The notes under the pieces are model-generated. The model was given only the letters and a program-made list of their open reading frames with translations, was not told the DNA's origin and did not search any database. This document shows, one piece after another, positions 28,226 to 38,154 of a stretch of DNA of 64,000 bases; position 1 is the first letter of the stretch; every line of letters begins with the position of its first letter. Source of the stretch: an uncultured Planctomycetaceae bacterium (GTDB lineage Bacteria; Planctomycetota; Phycisphaerae; SM23-33); the NCBI GenBank assembly GCA_964427875.1, contig CAYRVX010000003.1, forward strand, positions 46,910 through 110,909, in the 5' to 3' direction. The position numbers and the translations under genes were made by a program.

Positions 28226-31200
28226 GTGAGCAATCTGAACTGGCAGCCGCCGCTGTTCGAGCAAATGGAGCCCCGTTTGCTGCTCAGCGCTTCACCGGTG
28301 CCGGAGGAGATCGACCTTCCGGCCTTCAGTGAGCAGTGCGTCACGGGCGGCCTCGACGTCGGCGAATCGCAGATGTACGTCTTCACCGCGGCGGCCAGCG
28401 GGTACGTCTACATGAACATGGGGGCCGCCGAAGGCAGCGGGGTCGATTCCTACCTGGAGGCCTTCAACTCCGGCCTGCGCAGGATCGCCCGGAACAACAA
28501 CGCCAGCAGGTACACTCAGGACAGCCGGATCCGCCTGCGCGTTAGCACGGGGCGCACGTACTACGTCCGCGCGAGGGGCGCCGCAGGAACCGATGGCGAC
28601 TACGAGCTGACGCTCACCAGCCGGCCGTACGACGACTACGGCAACACCGCCGAGGCGGCCAGGGCCCTGCGGGTCCGCCGGAGCGGCTCGACGTCGGCTC
28701 GCGGCAGGATCAACTGCGTCGGCGACACGGACTGGCTGTCGTACACGGCCCGCGACGACGGCCTGGTGCGTGTACGGATGCTCGCCTACGGCCGAGGTAA
28801 CAAGCTGGTCGGCTCGCTCGGCGTCTACGACGCCGCCGGCAACCTCATCACCAGCCAGGTCGCAGAGGAGAGCCACTGGTTCGAGCTGAGCTTCTCGGCG
28901 CTCAAGGGGCAGACGTATTACCTGGAGGCCTCCGGCGGGGAGAACACCACGGGCAGATACCTGGTCAAGGTGCTGCCGATGATCCTTCAGGAGTTCATCG
29001 ACGCAGAGGAGGTGGACCTTCCTGCCTTCAGCGAGCAGTCCGTCACGGGCGGCCTCGACGTCGGCGGGACCCAGATGTACAAGTTCACCGCGACGGCCAG
29101 CGGGTACGTCTACCTGAACATGAAGGCCGCCGAAGGCAGCGAGATCGACTCCTATCTGGAGGTCTTCAACCCCGGCCAGCGGAGGATCGCCCGGAACAGC
29201 AACGCCAACAGGTACACTCAGGACAGCCGTATCCGCCTCCGCGTTCGCGCGGGGCGCACGTACTACGTCCGCGCGAGGGCCGCCGGAGGGACCGAGGGCG
29301 ACTACGAGCTGACGCTCACCAGCCGGCCGTACGACGACTACGGCAACACCGCCGAGGCGGCCAGGGCCCTGCGGGTCCGCCGGAACGGCTCGACGGCGGC
29401 GCGGGGCAGGATCAACTGCATCGGCGACACGGACTACTTCTCGTACACCGCGCGGGGCAGCGGCCTGGTGCAGGTGCAGATGATCGCCTACGGCCGATGG
29501 AACAAGCTGTCCGGCATGCTCAACGTCTACGACGCCGCCGGCGACATGATCGCCAGCGATCACGGCGGCGTGGGCGGCACGTCCGCCCTGAGCTTTTCGG
29601 CGGTTAAGGGACAGACGTACTACATGGCGGCCTCCAGCGACGACAACAGCACGGGCAGATACCTGATGAAGGTGCTGCCGATAATCCCGCAGGAGTTCAT
29701 CGACGCGGAGGAGGTGGACGTCCCGGCCTATGGCGAGGAAACCGCCGCCGGCGCCCTCGACGTCGGCGGGACCAAGATGTACAAGTTCACCGCGGCGACC
29801 AGCGCGTATCTCTATCTGGACATGGCCGCCGCCGACGGAAGCGCGATCGACTCCTACCTGGAGGTCTTCAACTCCGCCCGGCGCAGGATCGCCCGGAACA
29901 ACAACGCCAGCAGGTACAATCGGGACAGCCGGGTCCGCATCCGCGTTCGGGCCGGCCAGACCTACTACGTCCGCGCCAGGGCCGCCCGGGGAACCGAGGG
30001 CGACTACGAGCTGACCTTCACGAGCCGGCCCAACGACGACGCGGGCAACGACATCGATCACGCCGCGTACCTTCAGCTCGAAAGCGACGGCTCCCGCCAG
30101 GCCCACGGGAAGGTCAACTATGCCGGCGACATCGACGTGCTGGAGATCGTCGCCCCCGTGACCGGCGAGATGACCGTGACGGCTGCGGCGCCCGGCGGGG
30201 ACGGCAGCATCACGCCGAGGCTCCGGGCCGATGACTCCACTGGCGAGCAACTGGTGATCGACGAAGACGGCGACGCCGCCTGCACCGTCACGTTCGGCGT
30301 GGTCGAGGGCGAGACGTACTACCTGAGGATCGCCAGCCTGGACGACAACACGGGCCGGTACGAGCTGATGGTGTCGACCGACACGGACGTCGATCCGGAC
30401 CCGGCCCCCGACCCCGACCCCGACCCGGACCCGGTTCCGCCCGACGATCCCACGCCGGGCGAGCTCGTCACGGGATGGATCAGCGAGGAGCCGGGCGGCT
30501 ACCGGCTGATCGTCGCCGGGACCGACAGCAGCGACATCATCACGCTGAGCGTCAGCGGCTCGGTGACGACGCTCACCTACGCCAGCGGCTCACTCGACTT
30601 CGCCGGCGTCTTCGACGACATCTCGATCTACGGCTTCGGCGGCGACGACGTGATCCGCATGGACTACTCGATCGCCGGCTCGGGCATCGTCTACGCCGGC
30701 GAGGGCAACGACACGGTATACGACAACAGCCTCGGCGCCGCAGGCGTGTACGGCGGGGCGGGCGACGACCTGCTGATCAGCCTCGGCGGCGGCGTGGACA
30801 GCCTCTGGGGCCAGGCGGGCTGCGACAGCTTCTGGGTGGACATGGGCGACTCGCTCGGCGACGCCGACTCCGCCGAGTACGACGCGACGGCCGTCCACCG
30901 AATCACTCAGTTCTATCAGCCCTACTCCGCGGTCCCCGGCTCTGCGGATTACGTCTCGATGGAGATCGCCGGGCAGAACTTCCGCGACCCCACACCCACC
31001 AGCTACGGGCGAGCGTGGGTGAACTTCGCGAGCAACCCGCTCTTTGCCGACGGGCCGGAACACAACGACATCCGCCAGGGCTCGGTAGGCGACTGCTACT
31101 TCCTGGCGTGCCTGGCCAGCATGTCCGACAGCGACCCGAACGTGATCCGCCAGATGGTGACGGCCCTGGGTGACGGGACGTACGCGGTGCGGTTCTTCCG

Positions 31201-31714
31201 CGGCGGTCAAGCCTCCTACCTCCGACTCGACGCCGACCTGCCCGTCTACTCCGGCAGCAGCCTCAGCTACGCCAAGCTGACGCCGGACGGCGAGACCTGG
31301 GTGGCGATCGTCGAGAAGGCCTACTGCCATTTCCGGTACGGCCAGAACTCCTACGCCTCCATCAGCGGCGGGTGGATGAGCACCGTCTTCCAGGAGATGA
31401 CCAACCGGCCCACCACCACCATGTGGACGGGCGGGTCGCAGGCGTCCCTGGCGAGCTTCATCATCTCCGCCCTCGACAGCGGGCACGCGGCCACCCTCGG
31501 AAGCTACGGTAACGCCCCCTCGCCGATCGTCGGATCGCACGCGTACATGCTCAAGTCGATCGAGTTCGTCGAGGGCGAGGCGATCGTGACGGTCTACAAT
31601 CCCTGGGGAGTGGACGGAAAGACCTACGACAGCAACTACAGCGACGGCCTGTTGAGGCTCGACCTGTCGCAGGTGCAGGCTTGCTTCTCGGCCATCGTCA
31701 TCAGCCTGGCATAG
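28226..31714 (+). CDS. Giant secreted protein: 3 tandem units of paired PPC (pre-peptidase C-terminal)-like domains + Asp/Pro linker + RTX-type Ca-binding repeats + calpain-like (C2) cysteine protease domain
   Basis: GTG start with RBS AGGAG 7 nt upstream. The N-terminus carries PPLFEQMEPRLLLSA. Three ~236-aa repeats each hold the PPC-like signature GDTDW/YxSYTA...YDAAGN...GQTYY. A linker reads PDPAPDPDPDPDP. Gly-Asp repeats GFGGDDVIRMD / GEGNDTV / GGAGDDLL. Calpain motifs QGSVGDCYFLACLAS (Cys), SHAY (His), NPWG (Asn). Confidence 0.78.
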   Translation: MSNLNWQPPLFEQMEPRLLLSASPVPEEIDLPAFSEQCVTGGLDVGESQMYVFTAAASGYVYMNMGAAEGSGVDSYLEAFNSGLRRIARNNNASRYTQDSRIRLRVSTGRTYYVRARGAAGTDGDYELTLTSRPYDDYGNTAEAARALRVRRSGSTSARGRINCVGDTDWLSYTARDDGLVRVRMLAYGRGNKLVGSLGVYDAAGNLITSQVAEESHWFELSFSALKGQTYYLEASGGENTTGRYLVKVLPMILQEFIDAEEVDLPAFSEQSVTGGLDVGGTQMYKFTATASGYVYLNMKAAEGSEIDSYLEVFNPGQRRIARNSNANRYTQDSRIRLRVRAGRTYYVRARAAGGTEGDYELTLTSRPYDDYGNTAEAARALRVRRNGSTAARGRINCIGDTDYFSYTARGSGLVQVQMIAYGRWNKLSGMLNVYDAAGDMIASDHGGVGGTSALSFSAVKGQTYYMAASSDDNSTGRYLMKVLPIIPQEFIDAEEVDVPAYGEETAAGALDVGGTKMYKFTAATSAYLYLDMAAADGSAIDSYLEVFNSARRRIARNNNASRYNRDSRVRIRVRAGQTYYVRARAARGTEGDYELTFTSRPNDDAGNDIDHAAYLQLESDGSRQAHGKVNYAGDIDVLEIVAPVTGEMTVTAAAPGGDGSITPRLRADDSTGEQLVIDEDGDAACTVTFGVVEGETYYLRIASLDDNTGRYELMVSTDTDVDPDPAPDPDPDPDPVPPDDPTPGELVTGWISEEPGGYRLIVAGTDSSDIITLSVSGSVTTLTYASGSLDFAGVFDDISIYGFGGDDVIRMDYSIAGSGIVYAGEGNDTVYDNSLGAAGVYGGAGDDLLISLGGGVDSLWGQAGCDSFWVDMGDSLGDADSAEYDATAVHRITQFYQPYSAVPGSADYVSMEIAGQNFRDPTPTSYGRAWVNFASNPLFADGPEHNDIRQGSVGDCYFLACLASMSDSDPNVIRQMVTALGDGTYAVRFFRGGQASYLRLDADLPVYSGSSLSYAKLTPDGETWVAIVEKAYCHFRYGQNSYASISGGWMSTVFQEMTNRPTTTMWTGGSQASLASFIISALDSGHAATLGSYGNAPSPIVGSHAYMLKSIEFVEGEAIVTVYNPWGVDGKTYDSNYSDGLLRLDLSQVQACFSAIVISLA
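28290..30410 (+). repeat. Three tandem ~708-bp intragenic DNA repeats (high nucleotide identity) encoding the PPC-like domain pairs
   Basis: Near-identical strings recur at ~28320, ~29020 and ~29725 (ccttcagcgagcagtccgtcacgggcggcctcgacgtcggcgg...). The protein repeats share >70% identity. Confidence 0.7.
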
Positions 31715-31751
31715 CGCTCGATTTCGCTACGACACATCCGTGGCAGCAGTT

Positions 31752-31800
31752 GGCCGGCCCCGTGCCCCTGGCATCGGGGCCGGTTGCTACCGGGGTTTTT
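31752..31800 (+). terminator. Candidate intrinsic terminator downstream of the giant protease gene
   Basis: GC stem ccggcccc/ggggccgg with a 14-nt loop, then ...ccggggttttt a few nt later. The geometry is imperfect. Confidence 0.3.
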
Positions 31801-31904
31801 CTCACCTTTCCGGGAACCTTTCTGCGCGAAAACGTCAAATAGGAATAGAGATCGTGCGGATGAAGTCGTGATTTGCGCGCTCTTGCACAGGTGTAAATGG
31901 AAAC

Positions 31905-34900
31905 GTGCGACGGATTGCTGTGATCTGCGCGGGGGCCATGCTGGGCTCGTGGGCCCTGGCGTCGGCCGCTGAAAGGCCCGGACGCGACGACGTGGTCCGC
32001 GCGCTGCTCAAGCGCTCCCGGCTGCTCGAGGATGTCCGCTTCACCGTCCCCGGGAGTCTGTATCGGGAGTACCTCCGCATAGCGTCGGTCGGCGAGGCGA
32101 TGTTCCCGGCGCCCGTGGCGAGCATCGCCGGGAACGGGCGATACCACCTGGCGCTCGATGCAGCCGGCAGGCCCGCGCTCGTTGCGACGGTGGCCCTTCG
32201 GGTCTTCAAGCCGCGGCGATGCCGGAACCTCCCCGTTCTCACGGCCGAGTGGGCGTGGGAGAAGGTCGCGGTGAACGGCGCCCCGGCCTCTCTTGCCGCG
32301 AGAAAGGGGTGGCTGCGCTTCACCCCGAGGAAGGCGGGCCGGTACGTCGTCTCCGGACAGATCGGACTCAGCAAGGGCCGCGCCGACGGCGGCAAGGTGT
32401 CCTTCGGCATTCCCAGAACGGTCCGGACGTCTTTGCGGTTCGACTCGCCCGGCCGATGGCGGGTGGCCGTGTCCGGCTCGCCGCACAGGCTCCTGGGGCA
32501 GGCGCCCGGCGGCACGCACGGCGAGCTGGCCGTCACGCCGCGAGAGCGCATCGAGGTGGAGTACACCCGTCCGGTCGAGCTGCCCCCCCGGCCGCCGCGG
32601 TACGAGCTGCGCGGCGCGACGGCGTGGAACCTGGACGCCGGGCGCCAGCAGATCGCCGCGAGATTGCGCGTCCGCATCCTCGGCGGGCGGACGGATCGGC
32701 TCATCCTGCAACTGCCCGCCTCCGCCCGACGCGTCACGATCACCGGCCCGGACGTTCGCGAGGCACAGGTTTCGCCCGCCGGTGCGGCGATCTTCCTGCG
32801 AGGGACCATCGCCGGGCAGACGCGTCTGACAGTGGGCTACGAACTGCCCCTCGGCGCGGGCAGCATCCAGCGCCTCGGGCGCCCGGAGCTGGCGGACGGC
32901 CGCTGGTCCGGAGGGACGCTGGCCGTCACCAACACCGCCGGGGCCAGCGAAATCCTGCCCCATGCCGTCCGCGGGCTGCGGGAGATACACCCGGAGGACC
33001 TGCCCGCCGAGGCGAGGGGCATGCTCGCCGGCAAGTGCGTGCTGGCCTACCAGATCACCTCCCGCTTCTTCTCCGCCGCCGTGGACGTCGTGGACCTGGG
33101 GGAGTTCGCCCTTCGCGAGTCCATCGCCGACCTCGCGCATTACCGGCTCCTGCTTCGCCCCGACGGGTCCGTTCTGTGCAAGGTGGACTACGAGATCCGC
33201 AACCGCAGCCGGCAGTTCCTGAGGCTCCACCTGCCTCGCGGCGCCCGCGTGCTGGTGGCCCGCGTGAACGACAAGCCCAGGCCCCTGACGCCCCTGCTGG
33301 ACGAGCCGGGCGCCCACCTCCTGCCGCTGGTTCGCTCGCAGGCCTCGGTCAAGGGGCTGGTGAGCTTCCCGGTTCAGATCGTCGTATTGATGCGCGGCAA
33401 GGCGCTGCGGCGAGAGGGCCTGGCGGCCGTGCCGCTGCCGCGAATCGACCTGCCGATCGCCTACGGCTGGTGCGAGCTGCACGTCCCGCGCGACATGGCG
33501 GTTGACCGGTGGGCCGGGCCGATGCAGCACGTCGAGCGATACTCCAGCGAGACGGCCGTCGCCAGCCTCACCTACGGCCGCGCCGAACTGGCCGAGGGAT
33601 ACAAACTGGAGGACCGCCCGACTGTCGAGGCGGTCCCCGAAGGCCAGCCGCAGCGCAGACCGAAGCGCCCCCCCCCGCCCATAGCGCTGGCCAAGCCGCC
33701 GGAACTGAAGCCGACGAGGCCCACAGAAGAACCGGCCAGACCGTTCGGACCCGCCACGCAGCCGGCGGCCACGGAGATCCTTGCCACGAAGGTGACGGTC
33801 CCCGAAGGCGGCACGCTTATCCTCGGCGGGCAGGTGATGCTGTCACGCAACTACTACCGGGCCGGCAGGGACTACTACGAGCGAGGCGACTACGACAAGG
33901 CCGCAATCTCCCTGGAGAACACCCTTCGCATGGCCCCGAAGAGTGCCGAGGCCGCCAATGCCGCCCGACTGCTGGCCAACATCAAGGCGGTCCGGGGCAA
34001 GCTGGCCGCGAAGAGCCGCCAGGAGAAGGCCCTCACGCGGCAGGTGAAGAAGGAGATCTCCGGCCTGAACGTCAAGCTGGAGCAGCAGCAGCGTGAGCTG
34101 ATCGAGCAGGCCGGCGAGGCGGTCCGTGGCGGCCGGCGCGATGAGGCGGCCGCCGGCTATCAGGCCGCCGTCTCGCTCGGCGAGCAGCTCATCGCTCGCG
34201 GCGCCGACGAGAGGGAGCAGTCCGTTCGTCTCCGCGACGCCAAGGAAGAGCTCGACAGGCTCCAGAAGCAGAAGCAGGCAAGAGCGACCCAACTGCGGAC
34301 ACGATACGAGGTCCTCAAGACGGCGGGGCAGTACGGAGAGGCGCTGAAGATCGGCAAGGCGCTCCAGGAGGTCTACGAGGACAAAGGGGAACAGCAGCGC
34401 CTTCGTGGCGAGCTCGAGGAGCTGGCCGCCACGACGGTGCGGGACAAGGCGCGGCATGGGGCCACCATGGCCGTCCAGGCGGCGACCGAGGTGTTCACAC
34501 TCGAACATGCCGAGGCTCGATCAGTCGCCCGCGTGCTGAGCGAGATGTTTGCCGGACGAGGGCAAAGGGGATCAGCAGCGCGTTCGTCGCGCGGGCCGAG
34601 CACTGGGCGCGATCAGAGGGTGACCATCACCGCGGATGAGACGGCCAACGCGTTGGTTCTCACCGCCCCACCGGGTCAGCGGGACAAGATCGTGGAGCTG
34701 CTCCAGCAGTTGGACGCCGCCGACTCCGACGCCAACACCGAGCGGATCACGGCCGAAGGCACATCGGGCTTCCTCCCGGCCGCCCCTCGGAACATCCCGG
34801 CCCTCAAGCTTCACGCGAGCGAGCTGCGCGAGCAGAAGAAGCACGCCGATGCCCTTGCCGTGGCCGGGCACGTTCTCCGGATGGCCCCGGCCGACGACTG

Positions 34901-36149
34901 GGCCAAGGGAGAAGTCAAGGAGCTTCAGCGAATCCTGCGATCGAAAGACGGGAGGCTAGCGCAACTCGGCTTGTTAGACTCGGCCTCCTTGCGCACTCCC
35001 GCACGCCGGCCGGACCTCAGGGCCGTCACGAAGACGTACGACGTTCGCGACTTGGTCTTCGGCGGGGGCGAAGCCGGCCGGCCGAGCGCGGGGGCAGGTG
35101 ACGACAAGCCCCGGGAGAAGGTGGCCGAGGACCTGGTCAGGACGATCCGCGGGGCCCTGGGCAGGGAAGTCGTCCTCGGCGACGCTGGTATCCAGATCTC
35201 CAACGGCAGGCTTGTCGTGAGCGCGACCGGCGGTGGCCAGAAGCTCGCGGCCGACCTGTTCACGAGGCTTCGGGACATCCGCGGGCCGCAGGTCGAGGTG
35301 GGCGGCAACATCGCCCAGCAGAGGGCGGCCGGACTCGTCCGGGCCCAACGCGACGTCAACGGCGACGGTATCGACGCGCCGGTGGCGGCCGCGTACCGCC
35401 CGAAGCAGCTCGCCGAGCAGCGGGAGTTCCAGGAGTTCCTGAGGCGAAACTACGATTGGGAGGTCGAGGCCCGACGGGCGGACGGCGGCTGGAAGTATGG
35501 CCGGTCCATGTCGAGCTATCTGCCGGCCCTGGACAGCTCGGGGCAGGCCCGGCGGTCGAGGGATCCGGCCAAGGTCACGCACGAGATAGCGGGCAAGTTG
35601 CTGATGAATGTGGGCCAGAAAGTGGCGGTCAACAGCACGAACATCTCTCTGGGTTCCGCGGCCGCCAACGCGTTGGGCATCCACTTTGCCGAGGGCCGCA
35701 ACGACATCCGCTACGCCGTCGTGGACGAGGCCCAGTTGCGGACGCTGCGCGAGATGGAGGCCCGGCGGCCGGGCGAGGGCAGGCCGGTCGCCGCCAACCC
35801 GCGGTTCCAGGAGACCATCGTCGGCACCGACGCGCTGCTGGCCAGCGGGCAGGTCGCCAACGTCACCTTCGCCGGCGACCGCGGCAACACGATCGACATC
35901 TACAGCAACCCGATCGCCCTGACGCACGAGAAGTACGTTCTGATCGACAACCACGACTACCTCACGGCCGTGCAGACCGGCCAGATGCAGCACTGGACCC
36001 AGCGGGCCAAGCCCCTCCGGTTCGCGGAGGTCCCTCAGGACATCGAGGTGCCCCGCGTGGGACGGCTGGTGAAGCTCGAGAAGACACTGATCAAACCGGC
36101 GGACGCACTGACGATCCGCGCCGAGTACACCTGGACTGGAAAGGAGTAG
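31905..36149 (+). CDS. Giant (1414 aa) secreted protein: N-terminal unknown beta-rich domains (paralogous to the next gene), Pro-rich linker, TPR-like helical region and a secretin-N-like (type II/III secretion 'short') domain
   Basis: Signal MRRIAVICAGAMLGSWALASAA. A YEIRNRSRQFLRLHLP...LLPLVRS...FPVQIV block shared with the 36154 gene. TPR-like RNYYRAGRDYYERGDYDKAAISLENTLRMAP. A secretin-N motif VTITADETANALVLTAPPGQRDKIVELLQQLD. No secretin beta-barrel C-domain seen. Confidence 0.6.
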   Translation: MRRIAVICAGAMLGSWALASAAERPGRDDVVRALLKRSRLLEDVRFTVPGSLYREYLRIASVGEAMFPAPVASIAGNGRYHLALDAAGRPALVATVALRVFKPRRCRNLPVLTAEWAWEKVAVNGAPASLAARKGWLRFTPRKAGRYVVSGQIGLSKGRADGGKVSFGIPRTVRTSLRFDSPGRWRVAVSGSPHRLLGQAPGGTHGELAVTPRERIEVEYTRPVELPPRPPRYELRGATAWNLDAGRQQIAARLRVRILGGRTDRLILQLPASARRVTITGPDVREAQVSPAGAAIFLRGTIAGQTRLTVGYELPLGAGSIQRLGRPELADGRWSGGTLAVTNTAGASEILPHAVRGLREIHPEDLPAEARGMLAGKCVLAYQITSRFFSAAVDVVDLGEFALRESIADLAHYRLLLRPDGSVLCKVDYEIRNRSRQFLRLHLPRGARVLVARVNDKPRPLTPLLDEPGAHLLPLVRSQASVKGLVSFPVQIVVLMRGKALRREGLAAVPLPRIDLPIAYGWCELHVPRDMAVDRWAGPMQHVERYSSETAVASLTYGRAELAEGYKLEDRPTVEAVPEGQPQRRPKRPPPPIALAKPPELKPTRPTEEPARPFGPATQPAATEILATKVTVPEGGTLILGGQVMLSRNYYRAGRDYYERGDYDKAAISLENTLRMAPKSAEAANAARLLANIKAVRGKLAAKSRQEKALTRQVKKEISGLNVKLEQQQRELIEQAGEAVRGGRRDEAAAGYQAAVSLGEQLIARGADEREQSVRLRDAKEELDRLQKQKQARATQLRTRYEVLKTAGQYGEALKIGKALQEVYEDKGEQQRLRGELEELAATTVRDKARHGATMAVQAATEVFTLEHAEARSVARVLSEMFAGRGQRGSAARSSRGPSTGRDQRVTITADETANALVLTAPPGQRDKIVELLQQLDAADSDANTERITAEGTSGFLPAAPRNIPALKLHASELREQKKHADALAVAGHVLRMAPADDWAKGEVKELQRILRSKDGRLAQLGLLDSASLRTPARRPDLRAVTKTYDVRDLVFGGGEAGRPSAGAGDDKPREKVAEDLVRTIRGALGREVVLGDAGIQISNGRLVVSATGGGQKLAADLFTRLRDIRGPQVEVGGNIAQQRAAGLVRAQRDVNGDGIDAPVAAAYRPKQLAEQREFQEFLRRNYDWEVEARRADGGWKYGRSMSSYLPALDSSGQARRSRDPAKVTHEIAGKLLMNVGQKVAVNSTNISLGSAAANALGIHFAEGRNDIRYAVVDEAQLRTLREMEARRPGEGRPVAANPRFQETIVGTDALLASGQVANVTFAGDRGNTIDIYSNPIALTHEKYVLIDNHDYLTAVQTGQMQHWTQRAKPLRFAEVPQDIEVPRVGRLVKLEKTLIKPADALTIRAEYTWTGKE

Positions 36150-36153
36150 AACG

Positions 36154-38154
36154 ATGAAACGAACGGTAGTGGCGGTAGCGGCTGTCCTGATCGCCGCGGG
36201 GGCCTGCGGGCCCGCGCTCGCCGAGGCGCCGAAGCTCGGCGAGGGCAAGGGGCAGGTCACGTTGAGCTGGGACGAGTTCGTGAGGATCACCGGCTACGAC
36301 CCCGCGAAGAAGGGCTCACAGGTGCTCACCATCCCCTGGGCGCAGGTGGAGGACCTCACCGGGCTGAAGGTGGACGGCGCCATGAAGGGCGCCACCGTGG
36401 ACCTCAAATGGGGCGAGTTCCGCGCCCTGCTCGAGTGGTCGATCAAGCGGAAGGACGAAGTGCCTCCGCCGGCCGACTACATCGTCACCTCCAGCCGGTA
36501 CACCGGCAGCCTCTCCGATGACGGCGCCGCCTTCAAGCTCGCCGCGAAGATCAACATCCTCCGCAAGAAGGGCTGGAAGAAGGTCCCCATCCTCCCGGTC
36601 ACCGTCGCCCTGACCAAGACCGAGCTTCCCCAGGGGGTCTTCCTCAACGCCACGGGGACGAACTACGAGCTGCTCACCGACCAGTCGGGACCCATCGACG
36701 TGAGCATCGAGTTCTCCGTGGCCGTCAACAAGAGCGCCGGCATCAACCAGGTTGGCTTCAAGCGAGTATTGGCCGGCTCCAGCGTGCTGGACCTGACCAT
36801 CGCGCGCGAAGAGGTGGACGTGAAGGTGGCCGACTCGCAGTCGCTGGTGAGCAAGACCGTGAACAAGCAGACGCAGGTGATCGCGGCGGTGCCGTCGAAT
36901 GCGGCCGTCGCCATCTCGTGGGAACGCGCGCTGCCCAAGGTGGCGGCCGCGCCGACGAAGCTCTACGCCGAGGTCGGCACGCTCGTGGCCGTGGCCGAGG
37001 GAATGCTCCTCTGCCAGGAGGTGGTCAACTACAACATCCTTCACACGGCGGTGCGCGAGTTGAACCTCCAGGTGCCCGCGGGCGCCAGCGTCCTGACGGC
37101 AAGCGGCTCGAACTTGCAGGACTGGCGCGTGGACAATGACGGCAAGCTCCAGGTGGTGCTCAAGGCCGAGGTCATCGGCAGCTACACGCTGCGGATCACC
37201 TACGAGCAGGCGAGCAAGGCGGGGGCCGAGACGCCCGTGATCCACCCGGTCGGCGTCGAGAGGCAGCGCGGGTACGTCGGCGTGGTGGCCGTCGCCAACG
37301 TGGAGATCGCCGCCGGAAAGGTGGACGCCGCCACCGCCATCGACGTGCGCCAACTGCCCGCCGACATCGTCTCCATGACCAATCAGCCGATCCTGCTGGC
37401 CTTCCGCTACCTGGGCGAGCAGTTCAAGATCCCGCTGACCATCAAGAAGCACGCGGAGGTCGGCGTCCTCGTGACGATCGTCGACAGCGGCGTCTTCACG
37501 GCCATGCAGCTCGCCGACGGGCGGAGGATCACCAAGGTCATCTACTCCGTCCGCAACAACCGGAACCAGTTCCTTCGGCTGAAGATGCCCGAGGCCTCGG
37601 AGATCTGGTCGGTCTCGGTCAGCGGCAACACGGTCTCCCCGGCCAAGGACGAGGCCGGCAACGTCCTGGTGCCCCTGGTGCGGAGCTCGGGCGGCGCCCA
37701 GGAGCTGGCGGCCTTCCCCGTCGAGATCGTCTACGTGGAGACGCCCAAGGCCCAGGTGCCCGAGCGAGGCCAGATCCACGTCGAGCTGCCCGCCTGTAGC
37801 GTTCCCGTCGTGCACGTGATGTACAGCTACTACGCGCCGGCGGAGGGCAAGTACACGGTCGGCTGGGGCGCGAGCGGCTTCTCCGGGCCGCTTCAGGTGG
37901 TCGAGGAGTTCACATCGCTGGCAACCGGCGCCGGCCGGCAGATCGTCCGCCTCGACGCCACCAAGCAGGCCAAGCAGATGCAGAAGGCCTTCGACGCCCG
38001 CGTGGACGCCAAGGCGAAGGCCGCAGGGGCCACGCCTATCCGCGTCCGCCTGCCCATCAACGGCAAGCTGTTCAAGCTGGAGAAGATCCTCGTCCTGCCG
38101 AACGACAGGCTGTACTTCGACCTCCAGTACAGGGACTGGAAGGTCCCGAAATAG
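36154..38154 (+). CDS. Secreted 666-aa protein, paralogue of the N-terminal ~550 aa of the preceding giant protein (unnamed domain family)
   Basis: Signal MKRTVVAVAAVLIAAGACGPALA. It shares the YSVRNNRNQFLRLKMP...VLVPLVRS...FPVEIVYVE block and upstream beta-strand pattern with the 31905 gene. It starts 5 bp after the 31905 gene's stop. Confidence 0.55.
   Translation: MKRTVVAVAAVLIAAGACGPALAEAPKLGEGKGQVTLSWDEFVRITGYDPAKKGSQVLTIPWAQVEDLTGLKVDGAMKGATVDLKWGEFRALLEWSIKRKDEVPPPADYIVTSSRYTGSLSDDGAAFKLAAKINILRKKGWKKVPILPVTVALTKTELPQGVFLNATGTNYELLTDQSGPIDVSIEFSVAVNKSAGINQVGFKRVLAGSSVLDLTIAREEVDVKVADSQSLVSKTVNKQTQVIAAVPSNAAVAISWERALPKVAAAPTKLYAEVGTLVAVAEGMLLCQEVVNYNILHTAVRELNLQVPAGASVLTASGSNLQDWRVDNDGKLQVVLKAEVIGSYTLRITYEQASKAGAETPVIHPVGVERQRGYVGVVAVANVEIAAGKVDAATAIDVRQLPADIVSMTNQPILLAFRYLGEQFKIPLTIKKHAEVGVLVTIVDSGVFTAMQLADGRRITKVIYSVRNNRNQFLRLKMPEASEIWSVSVSGNTVSPAKDEAGNVLVPLVRSSGGAQELAAFPVEIVYVETPKAQVPERGQIHVELPACSVPVVHVMYSYYAPAEGKYTVGWGASGFSGPLQVVEEFTSLATGAGRQIVRLDATKQAKQMQKAFDARVDAKAKAAGATPIRVRLPINGKLFKLEKILVLPNDRLYFDLQYRDWKVPK

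Noticed and set aside
31905-36149. Calling the 1414-aa protein a secretin (T2SS/T4P outer-membrane channel)
   Set aside because: Only the N-terminal 'short' secretin domain motif is present. The C-terminal secretin beta-barrel signature is absent, so only 'secretin-N-like domain' is claimed.
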